Origin: a virus
Taxonomy: Duplodnaviria > Caudoviricetes
DNA: 25,477 nt
Virus record (IMG/VR): IMGVR_UViG_3300046805_000080
Location: 1 to 25,477 of that record
Strand: one strand, 5' to 3'
The notes beneath the pieces were generated by a model. The model saw only the letters and a list, made by a program, of their open reading frames with translations, had not been told where the DNA came from and ran no database searches. This document shows positions 1-7,210 of the stretch, piece after piece. Positions within the stretch are counted from its first letter, which is position 1. Every line of letters starts with the position of its first letter. A program made the translations under genes and the position numbers.

Positions 1-218
1 GATGCTGACAAAGCCATTATTGGTAACATATAATACAATGTATAATCCAGCAACAATGCTGATGTAATTAATGAAATCCAAAACGATAAACAAGTAACAC
101 AACTAAACGGCTTTTTACGCATCATTGACATTTTGTAAAACCATCTTGGTAACACATTATAATGTGCTACGGCTAATGCACATAAAGCACTAATCAAGGG
201 ATAAATTATCAATTCCAT
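1..218 (-). CDS. Small membrane protein with KPFxCxxCxSFW motif (DUF1360-like), 3'-truncated at window edge
   Basis: Manual translation from ATG at 218: MELIIYPLISALCALAVAHYNVLPRWFYKMSMMRKKPFSCVTCLSFWISLITSALLLDY...; open to the window edge; start overlaps the end of the sigma-like gene; not in the ORF track. Confidence 0.75.
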   Translation of the reverse strand, partial: MELIIYPLISALCALAVAHYNVLPRWFYKMSMMRKKPFSCVTCLSFWISLITSALLLDYTLYYMLPIMALSA

Positions 219-735
219 TATTGTTAAACATTGTTTTTAATTTCTTTTTGATTTCATCCATTGTATAACAAATGCTACGATATGGAATTTTAGTCAATCT
301 GTTCATTTCTCGCATATTGTTTGTTTTCATAAACAACTTTAACATTTCTTTTTCATACGGAAAGCCTCCGTTTTTTGTCCAAGAATCAATTTCTTTTTCC
401 GCTAATGCCCATAACACATCTATATTATCGTTGTAAAATTCTTCTGCCGTTTCATAATTTGCATCCAAATATTCATCGTTTTTGTTGTGTCTGTATTTAG
501 TTGCAAATGGTGTTGTTGTGCAATTGTACAATGTCATTACCATTTTAACAACAAAAAATTTGAAATAACCTTTATTGTAAATGTCAATTATTTTGGCTTC
601 TGGCTTTTCCAAAAGGTATAACACAACTTCGTGTTCCAAATCTTTTGTCAATTGGTTGTTACCAGTTATGGTGGAACAAATTCTTTTAAGTTCCCCAGAA
701 CGATAAAAATCCAATATGATTTCAGATGCCTTCAT
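190..735 (-). CDS. Phage sigma-70/ECF-like transcription factor
   Basis: Likely start MKASEII (ATG 735, just after the upstream stop at 741). Region-2-like 'TKDLEHEVVLYLLEK...FKFFVVKMVM' and a C-terminal region-4 HTH 'NMREMNRLTKIPYRSICYTMDEIKKKL'. Confidence 0.7.
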   Translation of the reverse strand: MKASEIILDFYRSGELKRICSTITGNNQLTKDLEHEVVLYLLEKPEAKIIDIYNKGYFKFFVVKMVMTLYNCTTTPFATKYRHNKNDEYLDANYETAEEFYNDNIDVLWALAEKEIDSWTKNGGFPYEKEMLKLFMKTNNMREMNRLTKIPYRSICYTMDEIKKKLKTMFNNNGIDNLSLD

Positions 736-740
736 TGTTA

Positions 741-1082
741 TTATTTGGTAAGCACTTCCATTTGCAATGCAGTATAATTGTTTATTGTCAATGATTCCAA
801 ATGCTTTATTTCCGTATAACATTCGTTTAATTGGTGTTTAATTGCTGGGTTTAGAAATAATTCATTATCTATTACTTGGTAATTTTTAACACAAGTTGAA
901 TGATGCCTATTTAATGCGTTACCTAATGCCTTAAATGTGTGACCATATTTCCGTCCAATTATGACAATATAGGCTCTGGCATAACATAGTTCTTTGGTTC
1001 TTGCTTTTGACAAAATAGCCTTTTCTGGCAATCCAGTTACTTTGGCAACAACCATTGTTATAGTGTCAATTGTGATGTACAT
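741..1082 (-). CDS. Stand-alone DnaA C-terminal (domain IV) HTH protein
   Basis: 'ILSKARTKELCYARAYIVII...TFKALGNALNRHHSTCV' matches the DnaA domain IV pattern (S..R...+..ARQ+AMY....S+..IG..F.RDH+TV). Confidence 0.8.
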   Translation of the reverse strand: MYITIDTITMVVAKVTGLPEKAILSKARTKELCYARAYIVIIGRKYGHTFKALGNALNRHHSTCVKNYQVIDNELFLNPAIKHQLNECYTEIKHLESLTINNYTALQMEVLTK

Positions 1083-1101
1083 AGTTCGTAATGTTAATGC
1101 A

Positions 1102-1109
1102 CAAACATA
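1102..1109 (-). promoter_or_regulatory. Bacteroidota-type -7 promoter element (TATGTTTG) for the leftward operon
   Basis: Matches TAnnTTTG about 20 nt upstream of the ATG at 1082. Confidence 0.5.
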
Positions 1110-1129
1110 TGCACAAATTATACATTGTT

Positions 1130-1371
1130 ATATTCTCTTTTTATATTATTTTATTTTATCTGTTCTTATCTTATCTATATAGTTACACTATCTTATAAGT
1201 GTGTTTAACACAACTTATAACTACCTTATAACTGGGTTAAAACTTGGCTATAACCATTTATAACACAAGTTTTTTATGCCTTATTGTAGGTTATAAAAGT
1301 GTTCAATAAAGTGTACATATACACAAAAAACCTTGTTTTTAGCCTTATTTAAGGCTTTTTTATGTGTATAA
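1130..1371. other. Putative replication origin: AT-rich tract, 11-bp phased iteron-like repeats, DnaA-box inverted repeat
   Basis: TTATC/TTATT runs 1141-1180; TATAAC-like units at 1192, 1203, 1214, 1225, 1236, 1247, 1257; TGTGTATAA (reverse complement TTATACACA) at 1363-1371 and ATATACACA at 1317-1325; lies at the divergence point of transcription. Confidence 0.55.
1192..1264. repeat. Degenerate ~11-bp tandem repeat, consensus about (C/G)TTATAAC
   Basis: cttataagtgt|gtttaacacaa|cttataactac|cttataactgg|gttaaaacttg|gctataacca|tttataac. Confidence 0.75.
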
Positions 1372-1386
1372 CTTTTTTGCTTATCC

Positions 1387-1402
1387 TTTGTCAATTGACA
1401 AA
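1387..1402. promoter_or_regulatory. Perfect 16-bp palindrome TTTGTCAATTGACAAA, candidate operator/promoter element
   Basis: Exact palindrome just upstream of the structured RNA and early operon. Confidence 0.4.
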
Positions 1403-1448
1403 TTGTTTGTATTATTACATACGCATTTATGATATGCGTTTGTTCTTT

Positions 1449-1815
1449 AATCATTGTTATATGATTGCTCCCTTGGAGGGGAGGGTAAAAATACTAACAC
1501 ATTACTGATGCGAATCAGCATAGTGAACCGAATGGTAACTATTGTTCTTATGTTACAGATAGCCAGATGTCTAAAAATTCTGGAAGCGGTAGTTGCGAAT
1601 TCCCAGATATTCGCTCACAATTTGTTAGGTGGACAAATAACAACCAATCCAGCCGCCTAATGGTGATTAAGGTAATAGTTTAAATGCATTACCGAGATAT
1701 GGGATAAGACCCATACGCATACTTTATTTTTTAGGCTGAACCATACCCAACACATTACAGACAATGTGTAGGTATGCGGACGCTGGTTGTTATGTGTTAC
1801 GGCATTATCCGTAAC
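1449..1815 (+). ncRNA. Putative large structured non-coding RNA or 5' leader (unknown family)
   Basis: GC-richer island with about 10 hairpins, a GCGA tetraloop and a perfect 10-bp long-range helix (1637-1646/1784-1793); no credible ORF; ends in a hairpin plus T-rich tract. Confidence 0.65.
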
Positions 1816-1830
1816 TATTTTATTTTATTC
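1796..1830 (+). terminator. Hairpin GTTACGG-cattat-CCGTAAC followed by a T-rich run
   Basis: 7-bp stem 1796-1802/1809-1815, then tattttattttatt. Confidence 0.5.
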
Positions 1831-1885
1831 ATTATTCCTTTTTTTACTTTATTCATATTTCAATTAACCTTTTCAATTTACAATT

Positions 1886-2353
1886 ATGAACTTTAATCAA
1901 ATGAATTCAGTAGTAGCAAAACTTGGTTTTAACTACGAAACTTTGCCAGATGTAATGGCACTCAAAACTGCAACCTTTCACTTGGTGTTACGGCAACACA
2001 CTTGGAAAGTATCTGACAATTTGTACATTGATGCTGACAATGAGTATTGGAACAAAACCACTATGGTTAATTCCACCCAAACTTATGCGTCATTTGTTAC
2101 AATTATTACTGGCATTTCTGCTCTTGGTATTTTAGGTGCTGGTATGAAAATTCGTAATGTTAATGTAAAATCTTTGCGTCTTACATTCGCTCAAATTGGA
2201 ATCTTCTTTGCTACCAAAGACCCAAAAGAAATGCGTAAAGAATTAAAGCAATTCTATGAATATGTTAAAATTGAATGGACTGATTGTAACACAATTCAAG
2301 ATAGAATTGAAAAAATTGCTAACCTTTATTACAAAGGGTTATTAACCGCTTAA
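1886..2353 (+). CDS. Hypothetical early protein
   Basis: 155-aa ORF with an A-rich TAACC-containing start region; first gene after the ncRNA. Confidence 0.8.
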   Translation: MNFNQMNSVVAKLGFNYETLPDVMALKTATFHLVLRQHTWKVSDNLYIDADNEYWNKTTMVNSTQTYASFVTIITGISALGILGAGMKIRNVNVKSLRLTFAQIGIFFATKDPKEMRKELKQFYEYVKIEWTDCNTIQDRIEKIANLYYKGLLTA

Positions 2354-2376
2354 TCATTTTATCAATCATTTGTTAC

Positions 2377-2406
2377 GGCACTACCTTAATTGGTAGTGCC
2401 TTTTTA
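2377..2406 (+). terminator. Intrinsic terminator (copy 1 of repeated element)
   Basis: GGCACTACC-ttaatt-GGTAGTGCC then TTTTT. Confidence 0.85.
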
Positions 2407-2429
2407 TTTAACCTTAAATTATTTCAATC

Positions 2430-2648
2430 GTGATTACTATTCCAACAACCTATGCTCACAAGTATTGCAAATCAATTGCAAGTGCTGAACGCTTTCAAGC
2501 CAAGTTATACAAACGATATGATGCCGTTAAATTGGTTGAATATCCGTATAACACAGAATCTGGTTTTTATACATTCGCTTGTAGTGGTTCACACGGCTAC
2601 AAGGCATTGCAACAACAATTGCTTGACGGCACATATCAATCCAAATAA
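2430..2648 (+). CDS. Hypothetical early protein (GTG start)
   Basis: 72 aa; fills the gap between intergenic modules. Confidence 0.7.
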   Translation: MITIPTTYAHKYCKSIASAERFQAKLYKRYDAVKLVEYPYNTESGFYTFACSGSHGYKALQQQLLDGTYQSK

Positions 2649-2698
2649 CACAACACAACAATTTAACCTTTCAAACCACAATTTAAAACTTTTCAATT

Positions 2699-2998
2699 AT
2701 GAATACTGATTTAATTCTCTTCAACATTAACCAAAATTATATTGGTCACAATGTAGCACAAGGCATTGCCAAATGTTTTCAAGCCTATGCCGACAATTGT
2801 CCAGCCGCAGATATTATGGAATGCGGACTCAATCGTAATACTGGATTTGTTTACATTGCGTTAGAAAACGGCATACAAATTGCATCTGCATTTGGGCAAG
2901 ATTGCGTATTCTTTGTTACTGATTTTGATAACGGCTCTGAACACGAATTTGATTCATACCAAGAAGCCGTTGATTTTAATCATCCAATGTCCCATTAA
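2699..2998 (+). CDS. Hypothetical phage protein
   Basis: 99-aa acidic ORF with 'GFVYIALENGIQIAS'; good start context. Confidence 0.8.
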   Translation: MNTDLILFNINQNYIGHNVAQGIAKCFQAYADNCPAADIMECGLNRNTGFVYIALENGIQIASAFGQDCVFFVTDFDNGSEHEFDSYQEAVDFNHPMSH

Positions 2999-3052
2999 TA
3001 ACACAACTTTATTATTTAACCTTTCAACCCACAATTTAAATTAAAAACCATT

Positions 3053-3598
3053 ATGAAAACTTTTGAAAAAATTGCCAATGACAATTCAATTTATGAAATT
3101 GATTTTACCAAATTTCCTAACATTGCTAAATACATTAATGTAGTTAGCGAAGATACTGGTGAGCCTTTTGAACATTCCAAAAAGGCATTGTTGTTTTTTG
3201 TTCGTGAACAATTTCTAAATTGGCTCAATGACCAATGCGAATTTTATTTGTCATACTTTGAAATAGAAAAAGAAATATTTAAACTGCAAGATGAAAAAGT
3301 CATAACAAATAATTTAATTAATGATTTCATTGCTAATGCACCAACAAGATATTTGGAATACAAAAAAATTGATGAGCGTAATTTAACCAATCTAATTAAA
3401 TATATGTTACGCACTCACGATTTATACCAGTTGCCATATGATTTTATTTGGATTACAAGAACCACAGATGAATTGCTAAAATGCATCCGCATTTGTCATA
3501 AAGAAGTTAAAGGTGCAGAAGATTATGTGCAACCGAGTTATTCCGAATGCGGAGATTTAGCAGTTTGGGAGTGTTTGTTTAATGCACCACATTTATAA
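3053..3598 (+). CDS. Hypothetical protein
   Basis: 181-aa ORF with good start context. Confidence 0.8.
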   Translation: MKTFEKIANDNSIYEIDFTKFPNIAKYINVVSEDTGEPFEHSKKALLFFVREQFLNWLNDQCEFYLSYFEIEKEIFKLQDEKVITNNLINDFIANAPTRYLEYKKIDERNLTNLIKYMLRTHDLYQLPYDFIWITRTTDELLKCIRICHKEVKGAEDYVQPSYSECGDLAVWECLFNAPHL

Positions 3599-3618
3599 TT
3601 TGTATCATCTGTTGTTAC

Positions 3619-3649
3619 GGCACTACCAGTTTTTGGTAGTGCCTTTTTA
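3619..3649 (+). terminator. Intrinsic terminator (copy 2 of repeated element)
   Basis: GGCACTACCA-gtttt-TGGTAGTGCC then TTTTT. Confidence 0.85.
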
Positions 3650-3672
3650 TTTAACCTTTAATTTAAATCAAA

Positions 3673-3792
3673 GTGAAAAACCAAACCAAACAAAAGTTCA
3701 CAACATCCGACTGGTGCTTGATTGCATTCGGATTATTAGGTGTAGTTTATTTCTACATCCGTTTTTTTATTTCAATTTTCTTTAACCTTTAA
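3673..3792 (+). CDS. 39-aa single-TM microprotein (GTG start)
   Basis: Manual translation MKNQTKQKFTTSDWCLIAFGLLGVVYFYIRFFISIFFNL; fills the gap after terminator copy 2. Confidence 0.6.
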   Translation: MKNQTKQKFTTSDWCLIAFGLLGVVYFYIRFFISIFFNL

Positions 3793-3804
3793 TCAATCAA
3801 TGTT

Positions 3805-4200
3805 ATGAAAACTCACAAATTAATTACCACATTAGACCTTATCTATGATGCCACAGATTGGGCAATGCGTAAAACAAAAATGGATTGCAGTTATTTTAAT
3901 TCGTATATGGAACAAGACAATATTACAACAAATGTGTTATGTACCATAGAATTTACGATTGAAAACGATGGCATTGGTCATTATGAATTTTGGGGAAGCA
4001 AAGGTTATGATGCTGGTGTAGATTATGCCGTTATTAATTCTATTCGTTGGAATAGAATAGCATTCCCAATTTTAATTAATACTTTGCTTGATGTTTACAT
4101 TAATGAGTGTATTGACGAAATAACTGATAAACTGCAAGATGAATTAATAAATAGCATTAGTGCTAATGATGAACCAGACCCAGATTCAAATCGTAATTAA
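3805..4200 (+). CDS. Hypothetical acidic protein
   Basis: 131 aa with 'GIGHYEFWGSKGYDAG' motif. Confidence 0.8.
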   Translation: MKTHKLITTLDLIYDATDWAMRKTKMDCSYFNSYMEQDNITTNVLCTIEFTIENDGIGHYEFWGSKGYDAGVDYAVINSIRWNRIAFPILINTLLDVYINECIDEITDKLQDELINSISANDEPDPDSNRN

Positions 4201-4224
4201 TAAACCATTTAAACCAAAAACAAA

Positions 4225-4491
4225 ATGAAAAACCTAACACCAAAACAATTTCCAAACCACAGACCCATTAAATTAATTGCCCAAGATATAGAAATGGATT
4301 GGGGCAATATGAGTCCATATGCCAAACCATATTGGGAGGCAATGCGTGAATTAACTTGGATTACGGATTCATATTATTATGATTCCGCAGAATCTGTCTT
4401 GCGTTATTTCTTATCCAATGCACAAAGTTGGAAAGGCGAAATTGCAAAACAAATTAAATCTGAAATCAAAGACATTCTTAAAACTTGCTAA
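4225..4491 (+). CDS. Conserved hypothetical phage protein
   Basis: 'IAQDIEMDW...YAKPYWEAM...DSAESVLRYFLSNAQSWKGEIAKQIKSE' resembles a widespread small phage family. Confidence 0.85.
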   Translation: MKNLTPKQFPNHRPIKLIAQDIEMDWGNMSPYAKPYWEAMRELTWITDSYYYDSAESVLRYFLSNAQSWKGEIAKQIKSEIKDILKTC

Positions 4492-4500
4492 TAATTTGTT

Positions 4501-4734
4501 ATGAAAAACAGACCACATAGTGTGACTCACATTACGGATTCAGAATCCATTGATGTCAATTTGATATTCAAATATTACAAACTTGCCGTTGCTGAATTTC
4601 CACCCAAGCAATTATCAACTGGCAAATGGTTGCATTGCTTTCGTGTAACACCATACGCAAGTTATGATACATTTTCCGATGGTACAGACCCAGATGTTGA
4701 ATGCCAAGCGTATTATTCCGAGATATACGGCTAA
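4501..4734 (+). CDS. Hypothetical protein
   Basis: 77 aa, tightly packed after the previous gene. Confidence 0.7.
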   Translation: MKNRPHSVTHITDSESIDVNLIFKYYKLAVAEFPPKQLSTGKWLHCFRVTPYASYDTFSDGTDPDVECQAYYSEIYG

Positions 4735-4800
4735 CACAATTTAAACCATATGAAAGAGCGAATTATACCACTATTTGCGGAATGCCCATAGAACGCATTT

Positions 4801-4878
4801 TAAGGCATTTTAACGGACTCTGTGCATTAAATGATATTTCTATATCATTTGTGGCTTTGGATTCGTTAGGATGCCTTA
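4801..4878 (+). other. Long imperfect RNA hairpin (processing or regulatory site)
   Basis: 17 contiguous basal pairs (3 G-U) plus a 9-bp apical stem AAATGATAT/ATATCATTT. Confidence 0.65.
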
Positions 4879-4936
4879 TTTTCCGTTATACGCACATTAC
4901 CCTTTTCACATTTATCCAAACCTATAAACTTTTATT

Positions 4937-5143
4937 ATGTACAATATGACAATTACCGACACCTATGGATTAACCGATTACTGCGTTGAAATGGGATACA
5001 AATTTCAATATGTGGATGGTAACAATGGTTACGAAGATGAATTAGAAATCCTTGTACCATTTGCACCAACAACACAAAATGTATTTCAATTTGCCATTGA
5101 TTATTCCAGATGGTTTTTCGTATCAGATTTAAATGACAATTAA
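4937..5143 (+). CDS. Hypothetical acidic protein
   Basis: 68-aa ORF with good start context. Confidence 0.7.
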   Translation: MYNMTITDTYGLTDYCVEMGYKFQYVDGNNGYEDELEILVPFAPTTQNVFQFAIDYSRWFFVSDLNDN

Positions 5144-5163
5144 CCCTTAAAAACAATTAAACA

Positions 5164-5682
5164 ATGAAACACAAATTTAGAACCACAAACATCAAAGGCA
5201 AAGAATATGTAATGGTTGCCGACAAACTTGCTTTCTTCCGTAACAATGAACAATACAATGGTTGGTCTATTGAAACGGAATTTGTTGATTTAACCCCAGA
5301 CCATTGCACCATTAAAGCGTTTGTCAAAGACCAAAATGGTCGCACCATTGCGACTGGTCACGCTCACGAAATCCAAGCGTCATCAATGATTAATAAAACA
5401 TCATATGTTGAGAATTGCGAAACATCGGCAATTGGTAGAGCATTAACCATTTGCGGAATTGCAATAGAAGATTTTAGCATTGCAAGTGCCGAAGATGTTA
5501 CCAATGCAATTGCAAAGCAAGAATTAATTCAAGCAAATGAAACATATCAATCATTGTTAGCAAAACTTGACCCAGAAACCGCAAGACAATTTAGCAATGT
5601 TACTGGGTTTACACTTGAAAGATACCAAAAAGGTATTGCGTATTTAACTAACTTAATTGACCTACAATCTAAAATCAAATAA
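5164..5682 (+). CDS. Single-strand annealing protein, Rad52/Sak-like
   Basis: 'IKGKEYVMVADK...IATGHAHE...INKTSYVENCETSAIGRAL' motif set. Confidence 0.75.
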   Translation: MKHKFRTTNIKGKEYVMVADKLAFFRNNEQYNGWSIETEFVDLTPDHCTIKAFVKDQNGRTIATGHAHEIQASSMINKTSYVENCETSAIGRALTICGIAIEDFSIASAEDVTNAIAKQELIQANETYQSLLAKLDPETARQFSNVTGFTLERYQKGIAYLTNLIDLQSKIK

Positions 5683-5684
5683 TT

Positions 5685-6143
5685 ATGTTTAATCAAAATT
5701 CAATTGAATTACATTCAATCGTTCTTCCTACAAAAAAGGAAATAGAACAATACGCAGATTCTGTAACACAACAAGTATTAGATGGCAATTTGTCTCCCAT
5801 TGAAATACATTGCAAGGCAAAAGCCATTATCAAAATGATGGAATTAATTATTGCAGAAACAGAAGCAAGTGTTGTTGATGAAATACAAATTTTTGGTCAT
5901 AACAATGAATTAGATTTTGGCAATGCTACGGCTAAATTGCGTGATTCATTTGCTACACCTAATTACGAATCTGACCCAACATATTGTGCATTAAAGTTGA
6001 AATTGAAAGAACGAGAATTGTTGTTAAAATTGGCATTTCAAAACCCAAGTGTTGAATGTACAGATACAAATGGTGGAGAAATTGTACCAGTTGTTTCAGC
6101 AAAAATTACTAAACAATCAATTGCAATTACCTTTAAAAAATAA
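5685..6143 (+). CDS. Conserved hypothetical protein of the recombination module
   Basis: 152 aa, 2 nt after the annealase; 'VLDGNLSPIE' motif. Confidence 0.8.
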   Translation: MFNQNSIELHSIVLPTKKEIEQYADSVTQQVLDGNLSPIEIHCKAKAIIKMMELIIAETEASVVDEIQIFGHNNELDFGNATAKLRDSFATPNYESDPTYCALKLKLKERELLLKLAFQNPSVECTDTNGGEIVPVVSAKITKQSIAITFKK

Positions 6144-6147
6144 ACTT

Positions 6148-6378
6148 ATGTTACACAAAGCAGAACAAAAACGAAAAACGGCAAAGGCTCAATACATTCA
6201 AGAACTTGCCAGTCAACCATTGCACATCCGAGAAATAGCAAAACGGCTGGGCATCAATTGGCGGACGGCATACCGAATGATACACGAATTAAAAAAAGAT
6301 GGATGGGCAATTGCAACAACCAAAGACCATTTGTATTATTCTGTAACATTAAACGATAAAATCAAAAATGAATTTTAA
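6148..6378 (+). CDS. HTH DNA-binding protein
   Basis: ATG 6148; 'LHIREIAKRLGINWRTAYRMIHELKKDGWAI' winged-HTH pattern. Confidence 0.8.
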   Translation: MLHKAEQKRKTAKAQYIQELASQPLHIREIAKRLGINWRTAYRMIHELKKDGWAIATTKDHLYYSVTLNDKIKNEF

Positions 6379-7189
6379 TGATTTTACGCATCCATACAAA
6401 ATGGATTTATTAAGAGGCAACAAGGTTGCATCTGAATTTATAGCGTTATGCGAAAAGCAAATGTATCGTTCCCACATTCGTGAACCAACAACAGAACAAG
6501 ACATCCAAGACCATATTGATGTTTTCATTGATAACATTGGTTACGAAATCAAGGCACAGAAAACAAACCCAGACAAACCAGAATTTTATGTTGAAGATTG
6601 CTTTACGATTGAATACAAAAACAACGCTGGTTATAATGGATGGATTTTTGGCAAAGCCAAATACATTGCCCAAGAATTTAATTCTGTTTTCTTGTGTTAC
6701 GATAGGCAACAATTACTAAATTGGTTTATTCCACGCATTGACAATTACAAACCATATACAAAGCCAATGAACCAATCTGTGGTTTATTATTTGCCTATTA
6801 AAGATTGCATTGACAATTTAACAACATTTACAATTTTCAAATCCAAATTTTTATCTCAATTTAATTTAAACCCATACAAAACAAATCTAAATCTAATTTC
6901 TATGAACACTCCATTTGTACAAAAACCAAACACAATTATTCTTCATAACAACACTCGCAAAACTGACAAACATCCGCATTTAAGGGGAACAATTGTCATT
7001 GAAATTGATGGTGTCCAACACACCAAAGACATTGCGTTGTGGGAAAAGCAGTCGGCTTCTGGCAATACTTATTTTAGCGGATTGGTCAGCGAACCATCCA
7101 CAAAAGATAATGCACCACAAACCGCTAAAAGCGTTCCTACAAATGCATTTAATGACAATGTTGTTGTCAAAGGTGATTTGCCGTTTTAA
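6368..7189 (+). CDS. PD-(D/E)XK nuclease-like domain in frame with an SSB-like (DUF736-like) C-terminal domain
   Basis: 'HIDVFIDNIGYEIKAQK...FTIEY' nuclease motif; C-terminal 'KHPHLRGTI...IALWEKQSASGNTYFSG...DLPF'. Confidence 0.7.
   Translation: MNFNDFTHPYKMDLLRGNKVASEFIALCEKQMYRSHIREPTTEQDIQDHIDVFIDNIGYEIKAQKTNPDKPEFYVEDCFTIEYKNNAGYNGWIFGKAKYIAQEFNSVFLCYDRQQLLNWFIPRIDNYKPYTKPMNQSVVYYLPIKDCIDNLTTFTIFKSKFLSQFNLNPYKTNLNLISMNTPFVQKPNTIILHNNTRKTDKHPHLRGTIVIEIDGVQHTKDIALWEKQSASGNTYFSGLVSEPSTKDNAPQTAKSVPTNAFNDNVVVKGDLPF
6902..7189 (+). CDS. Probable separately initiated ssDNA-binding protein (in-frame internal start)
   Basis: MNTPFVQK... preceded by an intergenic-like A-rich tract; ends in the SSB tail DLPF. 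Confidence 0.6.
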   Translation: MNTPFVQKPNTIILHNNTRKTDKHPHLRGTIVIEIDGVQHTKDIALWEKQSASGNTYFSGLVSEPSTKDNAPQTAKSVPTNAFNDNVVVKGDLPF

Positions 7190-7210
7190 TTTATGTTATA
7201 TTAGTCGGCT

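Noticed and set aside
1505-1530. Hammerhead ribozyme (CTGATG...)
   Set aside because: Reads CTGATGC rather than CTGANGA, is tied up in a GNRA hairpin, and has no correctly placed GAAA core
1454-1660. 68-aa ORF within the structured region
   Set aside because: TTG start, no A-rich initiation context, and the region is better explained by nested RNA helices
2371-3665. CRISPR-like or integron attC interpretation of the palindromic repeats
   Set aside because: Only two full copies 1.2 kb apart, each followed by a poly-T terminator tail; no cas or integrase gene in the window
4701-4949. 82-aa ORF
   Set aside because: Overlaps both neighbours, has a poor start context and spans the long hairpin; probably non-coding
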